DNA from: Peribolospora baueri
Taxonomy: Eukaryota
Direction: 5' to 3'
Assembly: GCA_029717555.1 (NCBI GenBank)
Contig: JAMDHS010000002.1
Location: forward strand, 124,001 to 188,000
Length of the DNA stretch: 64,000 nucleotides
A program made the translations under genes and the position numbers. Below are positions 24,972-39,253 of this stretch, in pieces. A model generated the notes under the pieces. The model saw nothing but the letters and a program-made list of their open reading frames with translations. It was not told the DNA's origin and did not search any database. Each line of letters begins with the position of its first letter. The stretch's first letter is position 1.

Positions 24972-27275
24972 ATGTTCTGCCGCCGGGCGTTCTCGTGCTC
25001 CTCGCGAGCTAGCTCTCGGGCATCGGACGGAGCGGCTTTCTTCTCCTTCCAGCCTGCGACACGTTTTCACTCTGGGCCGTCTCGTCGCGCACAAGGGCGT
25101 CCGTTCGTGGCGGCGGACACCGGGCCACGACCAGGTCCTTCTCGTTCTCGGACATCGTCATGGAAAGAGAGCCAGGAACCATCGACGTCTTCATTCGATC
25201 GCGGAAGATCCTGGAAAAGGGGCGACAAAGCTCGATCGTCGCGTTCAATTGAACAAGGACCATCCCGCAGGACGACGAGGGACGATGGTATAGACGCACG
25301 GTCGACGGAGCGGCCAGGGACTCGCAAGCCCATGGGGAAAACGATGGGTCCACGGAAGGTGGAGAACGGCTACGGACCCGACGGAAGATGGTACGGATCG
25401 GACCCGTACAAACTGTCGGACGAGGTGAAGCGGATCGTGGCGCGCGGGGGACCAACGAAGCTTCTTCGCGCCGTCGAGGTCGTCTCGAACGCGAGCAGGA
25501 CGGCTCAGAGCACGGTGGTGTGGAACCAACTCATTTCGGAGGCGTCGAAAGAAGGAGACTATAAACTGGTGTGGTCGTTGTATAATGATGTGAGCCGGCC
25601 TCTCATCGCTCGCCCTGAGCTTTCTGTCCGTGGACGCTGAACGGGTTCCGCTTGGCTTTGATGACTTGTTCTTGGCGCAGATGAAGAAGAGGGGATTCCA
25701 ACCGTCGAACAAGACCTTTTCGACCATGTTTTCCCTTTCTTCCAAGGTCCGCACCCTACCAGATGCCTTCATCACTCGCGCGACCTCAGTGTACCGAGTC
25801 GCCATGTCCTCCGAGCGGACACCTGAGGACAGTCGCGACGCTACCAAGACGGACGTTACGAACGCATTCCTTTTTCTCCTGGGGAGCATGAGGCGCATGG
25901 ATCAAATGATGGACGTCTTTGCCTCGATGCCCAACAGGGGACCTAATGCGCCTAACGTCAAGACGTACGGAACTGTACTGGCCGGTCTATCTCAGAGCGC
26001 TTATGCTTCGAGACAGCCTGTCAGCGACTCCGGCGCCATTGAAAGGGCCAAGCTGGTGTGGAGACAATGGGTTCAGGCAGCGCAGAGGGATAACGTACCC
26101 GTCGACGCGAACGGCCTCACTCACTTGTTATCGCTCCTGAAGAAGGTACGCTATCTCGTCAGCGGGCATTCTTGTCTTCGAGTCGAACTGACTCGTGTCC
26201 CTCGCATTTCCTTCTCCGTCTCCTTTAGGCCAAGCGTTTCGACGACAGAGTGTCTGCGCTACCGATCATTCGCGATTGGTTCGGTCTCCGTGCGCCAGAA
26301 GAAGAGCCGTTGTCCAGATCGTTCGCTCCAAGTGCTTCCTCGGCGTCGACGACAGAGCCGAAGCGGATACCTATGGACGAGCAGGCCTTCACCGCTGTTC
26401 TCAAGCTCCCTCTCTCCATACAGCGCTATAGACTCACGTTGGCATACTTTGATCAAGTGCTCTCCCCTGATTTTACCCTACCCATCAGTCTACAGCACTG
26501 CAAGCTGGCTCTGTTGGGTTGCGCCGGAGTTCAGGACAGCATCCGGGCGTTAGAAATCGTGCGAGGGATGATGAGACTCGAGGACGGCGCCGAGGGCTTA
26601 CGCGACAGGATAGAGGACTTTTCGCCGGACCTGGACGCGATGCAGATCGCCATGAAAGCGTGCTGGGGTGCGGGGGACTGGATGCGCGCCAAGGAGCTAT
26701 TCGACATCTATCTCTCCCAGATCATCCGACGAGGCGCTCGCAAACGCGATTTGCACAACGTCCTCCTGGACACGGTTCGGAGCGGAGACATGGCCACCTT
26801 CACCACACACGCTCAGCTCCTCTCCTCTTTTGCCCGCGCGGCCGGTTCGCGGAGCCACACACCGAACATCCTCGAGTGTCTGCGACTGCTTGACGAGCAC
26901 ACCGACTCGTTCGATAACAAAGCTCTCTTTCCTTCCCTATCTTCTTTGTCATCGGAAGGAGGGAAGTCGACGACGACGTCCTCTCCTTCTCAACGCCATG
27001 ATGTCGCCACCGTGAGAGAAGGAGGCTCGCGCAAAGATCTCTTCTGGCAGGCGAAGCTGGCCGCAAGCCTCGAGTATGTGGCGATCAAGCTGGTTGACGC
27101 GGTGAAGACCGAAGAGGCGGTCGCGAGCGGGCTGATGTTGTACGAGAAGGACGTGAAGAGGTGGGAAAGGCTGGGCAACGTTTGGGGCGCTACGAGGGGC
27201 TCGCTAGAGGCGGAGCTGAAGAGGCGGGGATCGTCTAGGGAAGAGGAGGAAATCGATGCACGGGCGGAGGCGTAG
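24972..27275 (+). CDS. Mitochondrial pentatricopeptide-repeat (PPR) protein
   Basis: Arg/Ser-rich presequence and PPR motifs TVVWNQLISEASKEGDYKLVWSLYNDMKKRGFQPSNKTFSTMF and PNVKTYGTVLAGL. Two introns. Confidence 0.85.
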
Positions 27276-27715
27276 AGGGCAGTCGTACATATGTGACCAC
27301 CCTCTGCGTTATGATCGCCATTCATCTGTTCCATCAATATGCTAGGGACTTTAGCTGCGAATGGAAATCGCTAGCAAAGCCTGACAGGCAGTGACGTATA
27401 AACTCGAGTTCCTGGCACTATCGGTTGAAGGATGGCCGCGATAGATGAAGGGCGAAGCGCATAGAGCGAACGACACGCAAACAAAGGGGAGTGGGCGGAT
27501 AACAATAAATGGGACCGTTCCAGCATGGAGCAAGAAACAGGTCTCCTCGAAGTAGGGTAACCAGCGGTCGCTCCTCGTTCGGTCTGCCTGCGCTCCAGAA
27601 TGACTTGGCGCCCCGAGGCGGCCACGATCAACGCGCGGCAAAAGGGGTATAACAAATGGCAGCGCGCGTCGAAGGGCCATCTCGCGCGACCTCTTTTACT
27701 TCCGGCGGCCAACCC

Positions 27716-30700
27716 TCACCCTCCCCTCGCCCTCCTCTCCTCCTCTTCCACCTCTTCCCGTTCCTTCTCCTCCCTTTCCTGCCTCCCTTCCTCCTCCTCC
27801 GCCGTCCTCTCGTCCCAAGTCCAGCTTCGCAGCACCGCGTCGTCCCCGCAACTGACGAGCAAGTTCTGCTGTTTGTTCCATACTGCCCCGTACGCCGTAC
27901 CAGTGTGACCACGGAGCGTCTGCAGGACCTCGGACGACTCTTGATCCCACAGATACACTGTTCCATCCTCGGACCCGCCAACGAGGAGCGACGTGTGAGC
28001 GAAGGAGGAGCGGATGAAGTTCTTGGACGTGTTTTGATGGCCTTTGAATCGGCGGAGCGGGCGGAGCTGCCAACGAGGACGGACGACGGAAGATTACGTA
28101 GAAGGATAAGCAAAGGAAGGAAACGGTTGACGAATCAGAATCGTTCCATAAGATATCTATCCCCGCTCTGCTCTACCTACTCCAGCCGGGCGCGATCTGA
28201 ACTGCTAACTCACCATTCTGACGTCCCACAACCGATTTGAGTTGTCCTTTGAGCTACTGATGAGCATCGTCCCGCTTTCGTTCATCTCCACCGACGTCAC
28301 TTCGCCCAGATGGGAGGTGATAGTGCGAATGCAGAGGCCCGAGACGGCGTCCCAGAAGCGGATGGTTGTGTCTTTGGAGCTGGACAAATAAAGAGCGCAA
28401 AGGAAGAAGAAATTGGCTCGGCATAAGCTCTATATCTAGGCGGTCATGGCTGCCACGTTCCCTGTCTTACCCGGTGACGATGAGATTCCCAAGCGGATTG
28501 AAGATGGTGCTCGACACGCCCAGCTGATGCCCCGTGAACGTCTTGATGACCGTGCCCGTGTGGAGGTCGTACATGCGCACAAGCTTGTCGTACCCGCCGG
28601 CCACTGCGTGGGGCTGCAATAGTGGGTGCGTTTGTAGCGAGGGCGGAGGAAGGCGTAAAGAAGCTATTGTTAGAGCTTTTCGAACATGTGATCGGCTGCA
28701 CCGTGCATCCTCATTGGTCAAAAGAAATGGAGACGAGCGGCTCCGCGCCCTCTTCGCTCACCTTTGATGGATGAAACCTCACGCTATACATGTCCCCCTT
28801 GCTTCCGCCCAAGCTCTCTCTCAACACCCGTTTTTGAGCGTCCCAGATTTTGACCGTGCCGTCCGCACTGGCGGAAGCCAGGAGCGAGCCAGAACGGGTG
28901 GCGTCGACGTCCCACACTCGAGAGGTATGGCCTTCAAGAATGGATAGGCAGCGCGACGTCGAGGTGTCCCAGAGGCGGACGGTATTGTCGCTGCGCGCGG
29001 CAGAGAAGAGAGGGAGAAAGCACGGACGACGTGATTTGAGTGAGTTGAGGTACAAGGCACGCTCCCCTCGGCTCTAATCGCAAGTAACTGAAGCGAGCGA
29101 CTGACCTTGACCCGCTAACGATCTGCCTCCCCTCATCCCCGACAAAGCGCACGCATTTCACGTTCTTCCTGTGCCCTTTCATGACTGAGTGCACGGCATT
29201 GGGAACGATGAAGCTCGCATAATCTTCCAGTAGTCTGTTCCATCGGTGCGCCACAAGACGCGCAAGACGCGATGGGGTAGTAAGACAAGAAGCAAGCGCA
29301 TAATGACCACCGTCTGTCCAGCATGGGACGAGCAGACAAAAACGACGGCTCACGTGTTCACTTTAGGCGCCTTCTTGGGATGGTACCTCGAAAACTCAAT
29401 CTGGTAGGCCACGGCTTGGTTGAGCAGCGTGACGAGACGATGCGGCGGAACGTAGACCGATCCTGTTGGACAGCGTGAACGGCGGGAAGGAGGAAGAGAA
29501 ACAGATGATATGAACGACGAAACCCCGACTAACTGTCCACGACCGTACGACACACAGATCACTCACCCTCTCTCTCCAACCGATCAATCTCAAGCATGTC
29601 CCGGAACTGCTCGACCAGTTTCTCCCTTGCCGGTCCGATTCCCTCCCAGTTACTGAATGAGGGAGCGTCGGTAACAGTCTTTGCGGAGAGAAGGTAACAG
29701 AGATCTCTGAACTCGTTCGGAGTGGGCTGATAATGTTCTAGCGGTTTGAGGCGTTTGTTCAGGAAGGTGAAGGCCTACGGGGAGGAGGGCGAAGAAGAGA
29801 AATGCTTTCTCAGTGGCGAGATGTGCGTCATGCGACGTATCTTTTGCACCTCTCGACGCACATACCTTCTGAAATTCCCTATGCTCGACGTGCTCGAGGA
29901 ACTGTTGCTTGTATACGGCGTACAGGAACGCCTTGTGGTTCTTTACGAGCGGACGAGAGCACAGCTTGTCCACTTCTGCCCAATCGCCGTCTAGCGCAGT
30001 GCATCGGCGGAAGCGATGGCGCCAAGTTATGAGTGGAGGTGAATGAGCGAACGACCACCAAACAAGCAAGTCGTTGGACCACTTGGCTTACCCAATATCG
30101 CCTTCTTGAGCTTCTTTCCTTCGCTCACCCTCTCGTCCCTCTCCGTATTCTTGACATTCGCCTCCTCCTCAAGCATCGAGGAAGTTTGAGTGAACCCTTC
30201 GTCGGCGAGGTATTGTGAAATGATGCGCATGATGTCCTGTCGTACGTAGGTAATCGGATGCAATGAGAAGTGAAGCACGTATGGTTGAGGGAATGAGTGT
30301 GAGTCAGTTCCGGTGAAAGCACTCGAACGAGAACGGCCGCCAGGGGGAAACTGGAGGATGTAAGCGAAGAACAAAGGATCTGCCCACAAGACAGCGCTGT
30401 GAACATGAAACGCACATCTCTAAGCTTCGGATCGTTCCTCTGCAACAGTCCCTCTGAAGGCCTGATTCCGTGCAGCTGCAGACCAACGTATTCGTGCTCG
30501 CGAACCTGGTCCAGGAGCCTGCAGAGTGCGGTGAGCAAAAAGGAGAGGACGAGAAGATATGGGTGGCATGTGCAACTCCTTGTCAAACAAAAAAGCGTAA
30601 AGAGATTCCGCCAACAATGAGGCAGATGCAAGGAGAAACGTACATTTGTCTCCTCCTCTTCCAAGCCTCATTGGTGCTTCTACTCGCCGCCCCGCTCGTC

Positions 30701-31362
30701 CGCACCATCATGGCCATCCCTTCTGCTTCTTGTTCGGGTACGAGGGTCAGCGGTGGCGGGCTGTTCCCGTCCATGCCACTGGCAGCAACATTACTGACAT
30801 TATTCGGACGCGAATGAGGAGCAGGTGCAACCTGTGGCACCGACTGGGCGATCGCGTTGGCACCGCCTCTCCAGGCTAATGCATCGTGAGGAAGGGGTCC
30901 GCTGTCTACGTCTGTTCCGTTTGAAGTGGCCGGTCGAGACGTTGCGTCTGAGGAAAAGAGTAGAGATGTAGACGTGGGCGCGGTGCTAGTGGTGCGCGGG
31001 TGGGACAGGTAGAGCGGTGCGCTGTCCTCTGGGGCGAAGGTGGTCGCCGAGGAGGAGGTAGGCAAGGAAGCAGGTGCCGAAGCGGAGGTGGGCAGGGGAC
31101 GGTAACTCATCGAGGTTGAGGACAAGGGAAAAGGATGAGTATAAGAGTGGGTGCTTGTTGAGGGAGCCGAAGAGACGTAGGAAGAGGTGGCTCGTGCTGA
31201 AGGCGCTGACGTCGATGCCGGTGGCAGCGCAGGACCGTCCAGGCCAAAGGAGCGCGAGAGCTGGGGCTGGGGTGTGTGAGCTTCCGAGGAAGAGCCAGGC
31301 GACGCGGGTAATATAGGAGAGGCGGGGACCTCGTTGGAAGGCGGCATGGAAGAGGAGCTCAT
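27716..31362 (-). CDS. LisH-CTLH-WD40 repeat protein
   Basis: LisH DIMRIISQYLADEGFTQT; CTLH LKKAILDGDWAEVDKLC..FLYAVYKQQFLE; VPPHRLVTLLNQAV; then multiple GH...WD repeats. Disordered Ser/Pro-rich N-terminus. Confidence 0.88.
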
Positions 31363-31678
31363 CTTTGCAGCGGCCGCCGGAAGGAGCGAGGAGGGGAGGA
31401 AGAGAGGATTGCCGACAGACCTTCGATGGTGGATATCCGTGCGGCGAATGCGAGCCTCGATCACATCGCCCACTTGATCAGTTCTTGAAGTCACGTGCAG
31501 GACCAGAAGATTTGGGTCCACCAGGGTTGCTTGGCCTCCACACTCGGTCCTTAGGACTACGTGGCTTCATACGAGCATCTCCATTCGTGTCCTCAATCTC
31601 AGAGCGCTCCTCGACGGCGTGGACTCTCTTTCTCCACCTCTTTTAATTGTTCTCGTTGCGCAAAAGCGATTAACAGCC

Positions 31679-32923
31679 ATGTTCACAGGACTTGGTGAGC
31701 GTGATCTTTGAGAAACGCGGACGTTGTGCACGCTGGAGCTGACCAACGCATCGCCTGGCCCTTCTGTCACTACGTCCCTGCCCTCACGTTTGCCATTACA
31801 CGCAGTGGAACACATGGGCACGATCACGAAGATCGAGCCGCTGGACGAGTCGACGTCCGGCGGAGGAGGATGGAGTATGACGATCGGCGACTCGGCGCCG
31901 GTGCTGGACGACTGTCACATCGGCGATTCCATTTGCACAAACGGTTCGTTGCCCGTCATCCGTCATAGTTGGTCCGAGGATTATTAGGGGGGTCTAGGAT
32001 TGTGCTTTAGTAGGCGGACCAGTTCGACTGAGCCAGCTGTTCTTCGTTCCTTTCAGGCGCGTGCCTTACGGTGACCGAGTTCGACAAGGACAGCTTCAAG
32101 GTAGGCATCGCTCCAGAGACGCTCACTAAGACCAACCTCGGTGAGCATTTGTGGAAGAAGCGTTCTGTTGTGTTCCCATTGCTTTTTCTCCTTGCTCGAT
32201 CGGTCAATTGATAGATATGGCCTTCTTCTTATGCTTGCCCACCACCGGCAACGTGCGAACGGACAGGCGATTTGAAAGTCGGCGAAAAGGTCAACTTGGA
32301 GCGAGCAATGGCGGCACATGTGCGCTTTGGCGGGCACATGGTGCAGGTGCGTTCTCATTTCCTTATAGCCCGGCTTTGCCATGTTATGCGAAGCATGTCT
32401 TCTGTCTAAAATTCTTCCTTTTGTTCTTACGCTCATTCACCCCTTCTGCGTCCTACCACTTCGTCCTCTCCCTCAGGGCCATGTCGAAACGACTGCCGAA
32501 CTTGTCTCGGCTACACCTACCGGTAATGCCGTCACTCTTGGTCTCCGACTACAGTCCCGACCGGGCCTCCCCGCGCCAGCATCTCTCTCGCCGTATCTCA
32601 TTCCCAAGGGCTACATCACCCTCGACGGCGCCTCTCTCACCCTCATCGACGTCTCTCCGCCCGTTTCCTCCGACAACCAAGCGGCTCAGGTGGAGTTTAC
32701 CGTTATGCTCATCGCTCACACGCAAGCGCACATCACGCTCGCAAGCAAGAAGCCCGGCGACCGGGTCAACGTCGAGCTGGACATGGTCGGCAAGTACGCC
32801 TATCGCGCCATTGCTGGAGCTGCGGCGGGAGAGGGGAAGGGGAAAGAAGGCGTGGAAGATGCGCTGGAAAGGATGGTAGAGCGAGTTTTGGAGAGGGTGC
32901 TGGCGAGAAGAGGTCTCCCATGA
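31679..32923 (+). CDS. RIB5: Riboflavin synthase
   Basis: Spliced N-terminus MFTGLVEHMG, GDSICTNGACLTV, GIAPETLTKTNLG, VNLERAM..RFGGHMVQGHV, YLIPKGYITLDGASLT, MLIAHTQ and VNVELDMVGKY. Confidence 0.95.
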
Positions 32924-34699
32924 GATCGGCAGGTCGACATCGGTTTGGAATCGGAGTCACTTGGTTTAAAAAAGGGAATGGTCGCTCCGGCGCAGTGCTG
33001 CGCAAGCTTGGATGTGACCACCTTACGGTCCCAATTTGTAAACGATGACAGCCGGCATAGGCTTTTCCAGGGGTTTCCTTGTTACGATCCAAGATCACGG
33101 GTGCTGTAGTGATGGAACGCACGCCTTCATTGGAAGGACCGTGGATGGAGGGCCATCATGGGGTGTTTGTCGTCTGAAGCAAACCAATGCGGACGTCGGA
33201 GGACTCATGACCGACCGAATGCTCACCGTGCCTGTTGAAGTGCGCTCGCCCTGTTGACGACCTGAATGGTCGGAACGCCGAGCTTCCTGTTGTTCACAGA
33301 CTGCGCGGTCGTCGTCCCACTTTCGGCGCCAACTTAGTTCTGCGTCTCGTCGAGGATGTCGAGTTGGTTGAGGTCTGCGTCAGTCAGGCCGGACGTCTCG
33401 GAGATGTCGGCAAAGGTCGAGGCCATCATCCGCCCCTCCTATTCTCGTTGATGACAGGCCCGCGAACAGCCCAGCCGGGCGCCGATCTTTGCGCTCCCCG
33501 GCCGTGGCCCTCTCGTCCAAGTCCCTTGAAAGGAACCAGTCCCCTCATGCCGCCTCGCGTCAGGTTACTGAGAATCGAGGGCACCTCGTCTGGCAGCTCG
33601 ACTCCTCCGTGGAGTTCGGCTTTTATAATCTACAGGAGAACCGGCTCGGGCATTGTACCAGAGCCCGTACACGGCAGCCGATTTCGTTCGTGAGGATTAC
33701 GATCGTCTTTTGCGCGCCGCGAGCGACAAGGCGGACCGTATTTCTATTTCATCTTCCTCGTCTTTATGAAATCCACTGTGCTCCGCATGCGCAGTTTCGA
33801 ACCTGCGCCCACAAATTGTCCTTCCCCTCGTCCGGGCACAACGATGAAAAATGCGTTCGGAACAGGGTAGGAGCGGAGGTGGATAAGAGGGCGCTAGATG
33901 GGCTCGGCAGATCAGTACGGTAAAGCGCGGATGGGAGCGGCTCGTTTTGCCGCGAAGGAGTTGAGCTGAAGACGGAGGAGGGAGAGCGGGAAAGAAAGGA
34001 AAAGGAAGAAAAGAGAGCGAACGACTCGAAAAAAGAAGAAACCATGCTGCCTGACGTAAGTCGTCCCCGTTCCGACCTGCACGATGGCGTCTTTCGCTTC
34101 CGCGCCTGTCTCATTGACGTCCGGCGGCCCGACACGTGCGAACGTGACGAGGGTAGGAGCTTCAGGAAGACGGGCAACTGGCTGCAGCAAAGCGGTGTTG
34201 GCGCTGACGGCGAGCGGAGACAGCTGGTACAAGCAACAGATCGATGAGGCACGAATTGCCTGATTAGGAAAGTCGAACGAGATGTCCATTCCGATGCGCC
34301 GGCCTTGAATGCGCCTCGCCGCCTTCTTGAAGCATGTCCTTCTCGATGACGCACGTCTCTGCTACTCTTCACTCTTCATTCACTACCACCACCACCACCA
34401 CCACCACAAACGCCTCTCCTCGCTGCTTACGACAGGCACATACCTCAGGTAGGCACAGCGCGAGGACGCGCGGGCCGTATGGCTTGCTCAACCCTCTCAT
34501 AGTTGCACTGACGTGGCCCGCACCCGCTGCTCTTCCTTCCTGTAACCCGCCGATCACGTGCACGCGGACGGCTCACTTGCCTGCATGCGCACGATCTTCC
34601 AGTCATCACCCAATCTCGTGTAGAGCAGACACTGTCTCCTTCCTCCCTGCCGCGCCACTTCGCTCTTCCTTCCTCGCTAGACGACCAGCGTTTCGCGAA

Positions 34700-36435
34700 A
34701 TGGCTGTTCCGCTCAAGTATGCCGATGCCAAGGTGAGTGCGATGAAGAGGTGGCGGAGGACGGGTTGCTCTCCGTCCGAATGGATTGGATAGGATCCCAT
34801 CTTCGCCTCCTGCCTGCTCTTCGTGCGGACGGATGGACGGACGGACGGACGGGCGGGCGGGCGCTAAATTTCAGCTTGGATGGTCCGTCCTGGGTCGGTG
34901 CGAGGGGGGGAGAGCAGGGCCATTGCGCTTGAAGCGAGGCTCGATTCCTGCCACTTGCGACGTTCCCTCAAGGATCAGCTGATGACCCGAATGCGCTTAA
35001 TTTTGTTATCTTCTCGCTTTGAATAGTACGTCTTCCTGACGGACTTCGATGGTGAGCACAGACCAGCTTCTAGTCGGCTCGTCTATTCATTTTCCACCGC
35101 TTTTCGGGCGCTAACGGTGTTGCTATGCTCTCGTCACTTCACAGGCACCATCACCACCGAGGTGCGAAATGCCGTCTTCGCTCCTGATACCGATAGCCTC
35201 TGGTCTTCGTTGCAGTTGCCTGCACGACGACTTGATCGACAAAGAAGTTTGATGCTTACTCATTTGCTCTCTGCTTCGGCCCTGCCAGGACTCGAACGAC
35301 CACATGGTCGACACCCTCGGCATGGGCTACACTGAGCGTCGCAAGCTCAACGAAAAGATCATTGACGGCAGCCTCAATTTCCGCGAAGGCTTCCGCCAGA
35401 TGCTCGAGTCGGTCGATCGGCCTTTCCCGGAGTTGAAGGAGATCGTTAGGAAGAGTGAGCTAGAGGATGCGCTTGTGCCGTGGAAAGGGAACCCTCTTCG
35501 CCTCGTTCCTTCTCTCCACCCCTGGTTCTCACGTTTCTCCATCTCTTTGTGTCCATTTCCGGATTCCGTCTCTCTCCCCTTTTTCAAGACATTAAGCTCG
35601 ACCCTGGTTTCAAGGAGTTCTACGAGTGGGCCAAGTCTGTCGGCATCCCCGTTATCGTCGTCTCCAGGTGAGCTCAATTTTTGTTCGTCCGCTGTCTCTC
35701 TACCAACCTGTTCAGTCTTCTCTTTCCAGGCCAATTTTTGCTCACCTTCCGCTCGTTTTCACGCTTGCTCGCTCGATCGCTCCGCAGCGGCATGACGCCC
35801 ATCATCCGTGCCATCTTCTCCAACCTCATCGGCGAAGAGGAAGCGAATCAGATCGAGATCATCTCCAACGACGTCAAGTACCACGACGAGAAGGGCGACA
35901 AGTGGGAGATTGTATACCGCCATCCTGAGACGTGCGTACTCTCTTTCGTCTTTTAATCCACGCACACCCTCTGTGTGCCGCTGTGTTTCGCGTTGTAAGG
36001 AGCCTCTTCGACGCTTAGGCTGACATGTCATCCCACGGACGGATGGGCTTTCGGTCGCTTGGCTCTGCTCCTTTGTAGCTCCTTCGGTCACGACAAGTCC
36101 ATGTCCATCGCCCCTTACCGCCAGCTCGCTCAGCGACCCACCCTCTTCTTTGCCGGCGACGGAATGTGAGTGCAGTCAGCTGGCCAACAGAAGGGCCGTA
36201 AGGCTCTTCCTAACATCCTTATCTTTCTTTCTCTCGCAGCTCGGACATGTCCGCGGCTCGCCACGCGGACGTTTTGTTCGTCAAGAACAAGCAGGACAAC
36301 GACCTGGCGACTTATTGCCGCAATGAGAAGATCCCTTTCGTCCTCTTCGACTCCTTCTCCAACGTTAAGAACACCGTCGATAAAATCATGAAGGGCGAGA
36401 TCAAGAAGGAGGAAGTCTCCAAGATTCACGTGTGA
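34700..36435 (+). CDS. HAD-superfamily phosphatase (MtnX-like / yeast Pyp1-type polyol-phosphate phosphatase)
   Basis: Motif I FLTDFDGTITTEDSND (split over short exons), IKLDPGFKEFY, VVSSGMTPII, FGHDKS and FAGDGISDMSAARHADVLF. Confidence 0.9.
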
Positions 36436-37090
36436 GTCGTGTGGGTCGTAGGTCGTGAGCCTGGAGCGGACCCGGGACTTGTCTCTTCGGGCTGGCCCTG
36501 CAAGAGGGGCAGGCGAGCGGAAGATACGACGTCGTAGGGAGCGAGGTGAGCGGCGGGTCGTAGATAGACAGAAAGGGTTAGGGTTAGGGGCACTTTTAGA
36601 GCCCGTGGGATGTGTCGGCGCCTTTGAATCCCTTGTTCGTTCAGCATTGCATGCAACGCAATAGTAGTAGACATATGCACAGGTCACCGCTGGCTGGATA
36701 CTTCCTGCGACCTACCGGGGCCGTTCGAGGTATCCTTGTCCACGTGTTCCACAAGCCCGTTTGCTTTTAGACGTCCACCCTGCTCCTGCTCTTTCTTCAC
36801 GGATATGACCTCTATTCTAAACGTCGACTATCGAGCGCGCGGCTCGCATGCTTTGACCATCGTCCGTTGAAGATACAGTACAGTCAGTAGACACCGACGG
36901 GAGGGAGACAAGCGAGATTTGAGGATAATGCATCGCCGTTCCCGACCTGGGAGTGCTCAGTTACCGCAGCAATTATGATCCTTCCGCTCCCTGATAATCG
37001 GCGAGGCAGAATGAGGCAAATGCGCATCGAATGCGGCCGCAACCATTCGTCGACGCTGCCAGCCTCACAGATCAGACATAGATCTCTACC

Positions 37091-38717
37091 ATGCTCCTCG
37101 CTCGCTCCCTTTGCGCTCCCTCTTCCTTCACATGTGGTTCAGCTGCGGGTGTCTGGCGCGCTATGAACCGGCGCCAGGGCCTGCAAACGTCTGTCTCCCG
37201 ACCGGCGTCGGTCTGCTCCGCGTGGACTGAGGTCGTGAATCCTCTGCGACGTGAGCAGCCTCGGCCAGGCGAACAGGTACAGCAAGCGGCTAGCAGCGAG
37301 ATAGAGGGAGGAGATGGGCAGTCAGGCACAGCGACCAAGTCGCTGGCGGAGCGGAGGATGGAGGTGGAACGCAAGTACGCCGAGGCGTTGAGAAGGAAAA
37401 TGGTGGAGTGAGTGTGGATGTGAACTGGCGAGGCCTGTATGACCCCGAGGGGCTATCGGAATCTTTGGTGGCTGCGACGTCTAGAAGATGGAGGACAGGA
37501 TGAACAAATCGCTTCTCTTTTCTCTTCCCATGCGTTTCATCTCCCCAGGGAGGGCGTCTCCAGCCTGGACGAGCTGCGCGAAAAGGTCAGTAAGGCGCGC
37601 GCGTCTGCCTCGGAGGGCACTACCGCTTCTCCGCTCCCTTCTGCCAGCGTCACGGAGAAGGCGGCACGGCTAGAGGAGCAGATCTTGGCCAGAGCGAGGG
37701 AGGAGATGCGCAGAAGGAAGGAGAGCGGTACGGGCGAGGGTGAAGGTGGCAAGAAGGCCACAGGACCGGTTAAGGTGAGTCTTCCAAGTGGACGTGTCCC
37801 TCGTTCGTTTCCTCTTGCTTTGCTCATTTGGCTTCCAACCCGTTATCTTTCTTCCTTTCTTCCACTCGCGCTCCCAGCCTCTGACGTCTATCATCAACCT
37901 CTCCAAGTTGATGTCGGAGGATCCAAAGACTATCAGCGAGCTCTGGACGTCCTACCACACGCTCAAGAACAAACTCTCCGCCGTCATCCCCGCCGACACC
38001 TACCGGGAGATGATGACCCTTGCCCGGCGCTATCCGAAGTTCATCTTGCCTCTCCCGCGCGAAGTGACGGTGTCTGACGAAGCCTCTTCCGACAATGGCG
38101 CTGGAGAAGGAGAGGCGGAGAAGGAGAAGAAGCAAGGCTACGAGATGCAGTACATGGAGTGGGCCTTCCTCCCTCCCTCGCCACAGCAATCCCAGGCGAC
38201 CATCTCGGCCGCCGCCGCCGCCGGTGCCACCTCCCCCTCGTCCCCCGCCACGCCTTTGGACCCCGCCCGACCGCGACCCGAGTCTCACCCATCGACGGTG
38301 CTGTTCACCCCCTTGGCCGAGTATAAGCTGCGGCAAGAGTTTGCGCAGCCATTCCTCGTCCTCACGCATTACACCGATTTGATAGACTCGAAAGGCCTTG
38401 TCCTCATGAGGGGCGAGATCACGGGCGTAGAGGAGGAAGTGGAAGTGCCGGCTGGCGAGGGGGGCGAGGAGACGACGCGAGGCGAGGGTGAGGCGGACGC
38501 TGGGGCGAAGACGAGGACGGAGGTGCGAAGCAAAGGCCGCATGGAGCAAAGGGACGCCCGGCTGCTCGTCATGGGCCTCCAGCGATTCTACCTCGCCGAC
38601 AAGCAGGCCGGCGCCGAGAAGGCGGCGGAGGAGAGGGGAAAGCTGCTCCGAGACTTCCACGAGCGGCCGCACGAGTTCGATCTGCAGAAGCTCATCAGCA
38701 CTGCGTTCGTATTGTAG
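37091..38717 (+). CDS. ATP11: Mitochondrial F1-ATPase assembly factor
   Basis: Presequence, then ISELWTSYH..LSAVIP..YPKFILPLPR, LFTPLAEYKLRQEFAQP.LVLTHYTDL..KGLVLMRGEI, LQRFY and LLRDFHERPHEFD. Confidence 0.92.
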
Positions 38718-39253
38718 ACGCCCAGCAGGTCCGAGCCAGCCTTGGGCGGCGCCTGCAGCGGTAGACGTAAATAGACGGATGACGAGCACACGCACAAGAG
38801 CAGGCTGAGGAAGGGAGAAGGCGCCTCTCTGGCGCATTCTGCTCTGTGCTCGTTTTATCGCTGGAGGAAGATGACTCTAGCGTCGATGTCGTCCAAGGCG
38901 AAGACTACAAATACAGTGAAGTGATGGGTAAAGGTTGGAAGAGCGCAAAATTCAAGCTTGTTCAAGGCAACAGCCTCGGACCGCCTTCGTGCGTGGAGAC
39001 GCCAGCGGAAGGACTCGACTGAATGGAAGAAGAGATTTGGGAGAAGACCCGACTGGGTACACAGGCGACTTGAGCCATCACGACTTCCTGCCGTCAAGCT
39101 ACGGTGGAAACCATAAGGCAGCCTGAGGTGCTGCTGGTGGAAATCATGAAGCGCCCGTTGATCGAGCTTTGGATCGAGCGACCATCCATATCGGAGCGAT
39201 CTGCGCCAAAAACGAGAACCGTGGACAGACAACCGTTTCCGTCTTTACGTTCA

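Noticed and set aside
36574..36590. Telomere-like AGGGTTAGGGTTAGGG
   Set aside because: Only about two units in a 3'UTR/intergenic region; too short to call an interstitial telomere.
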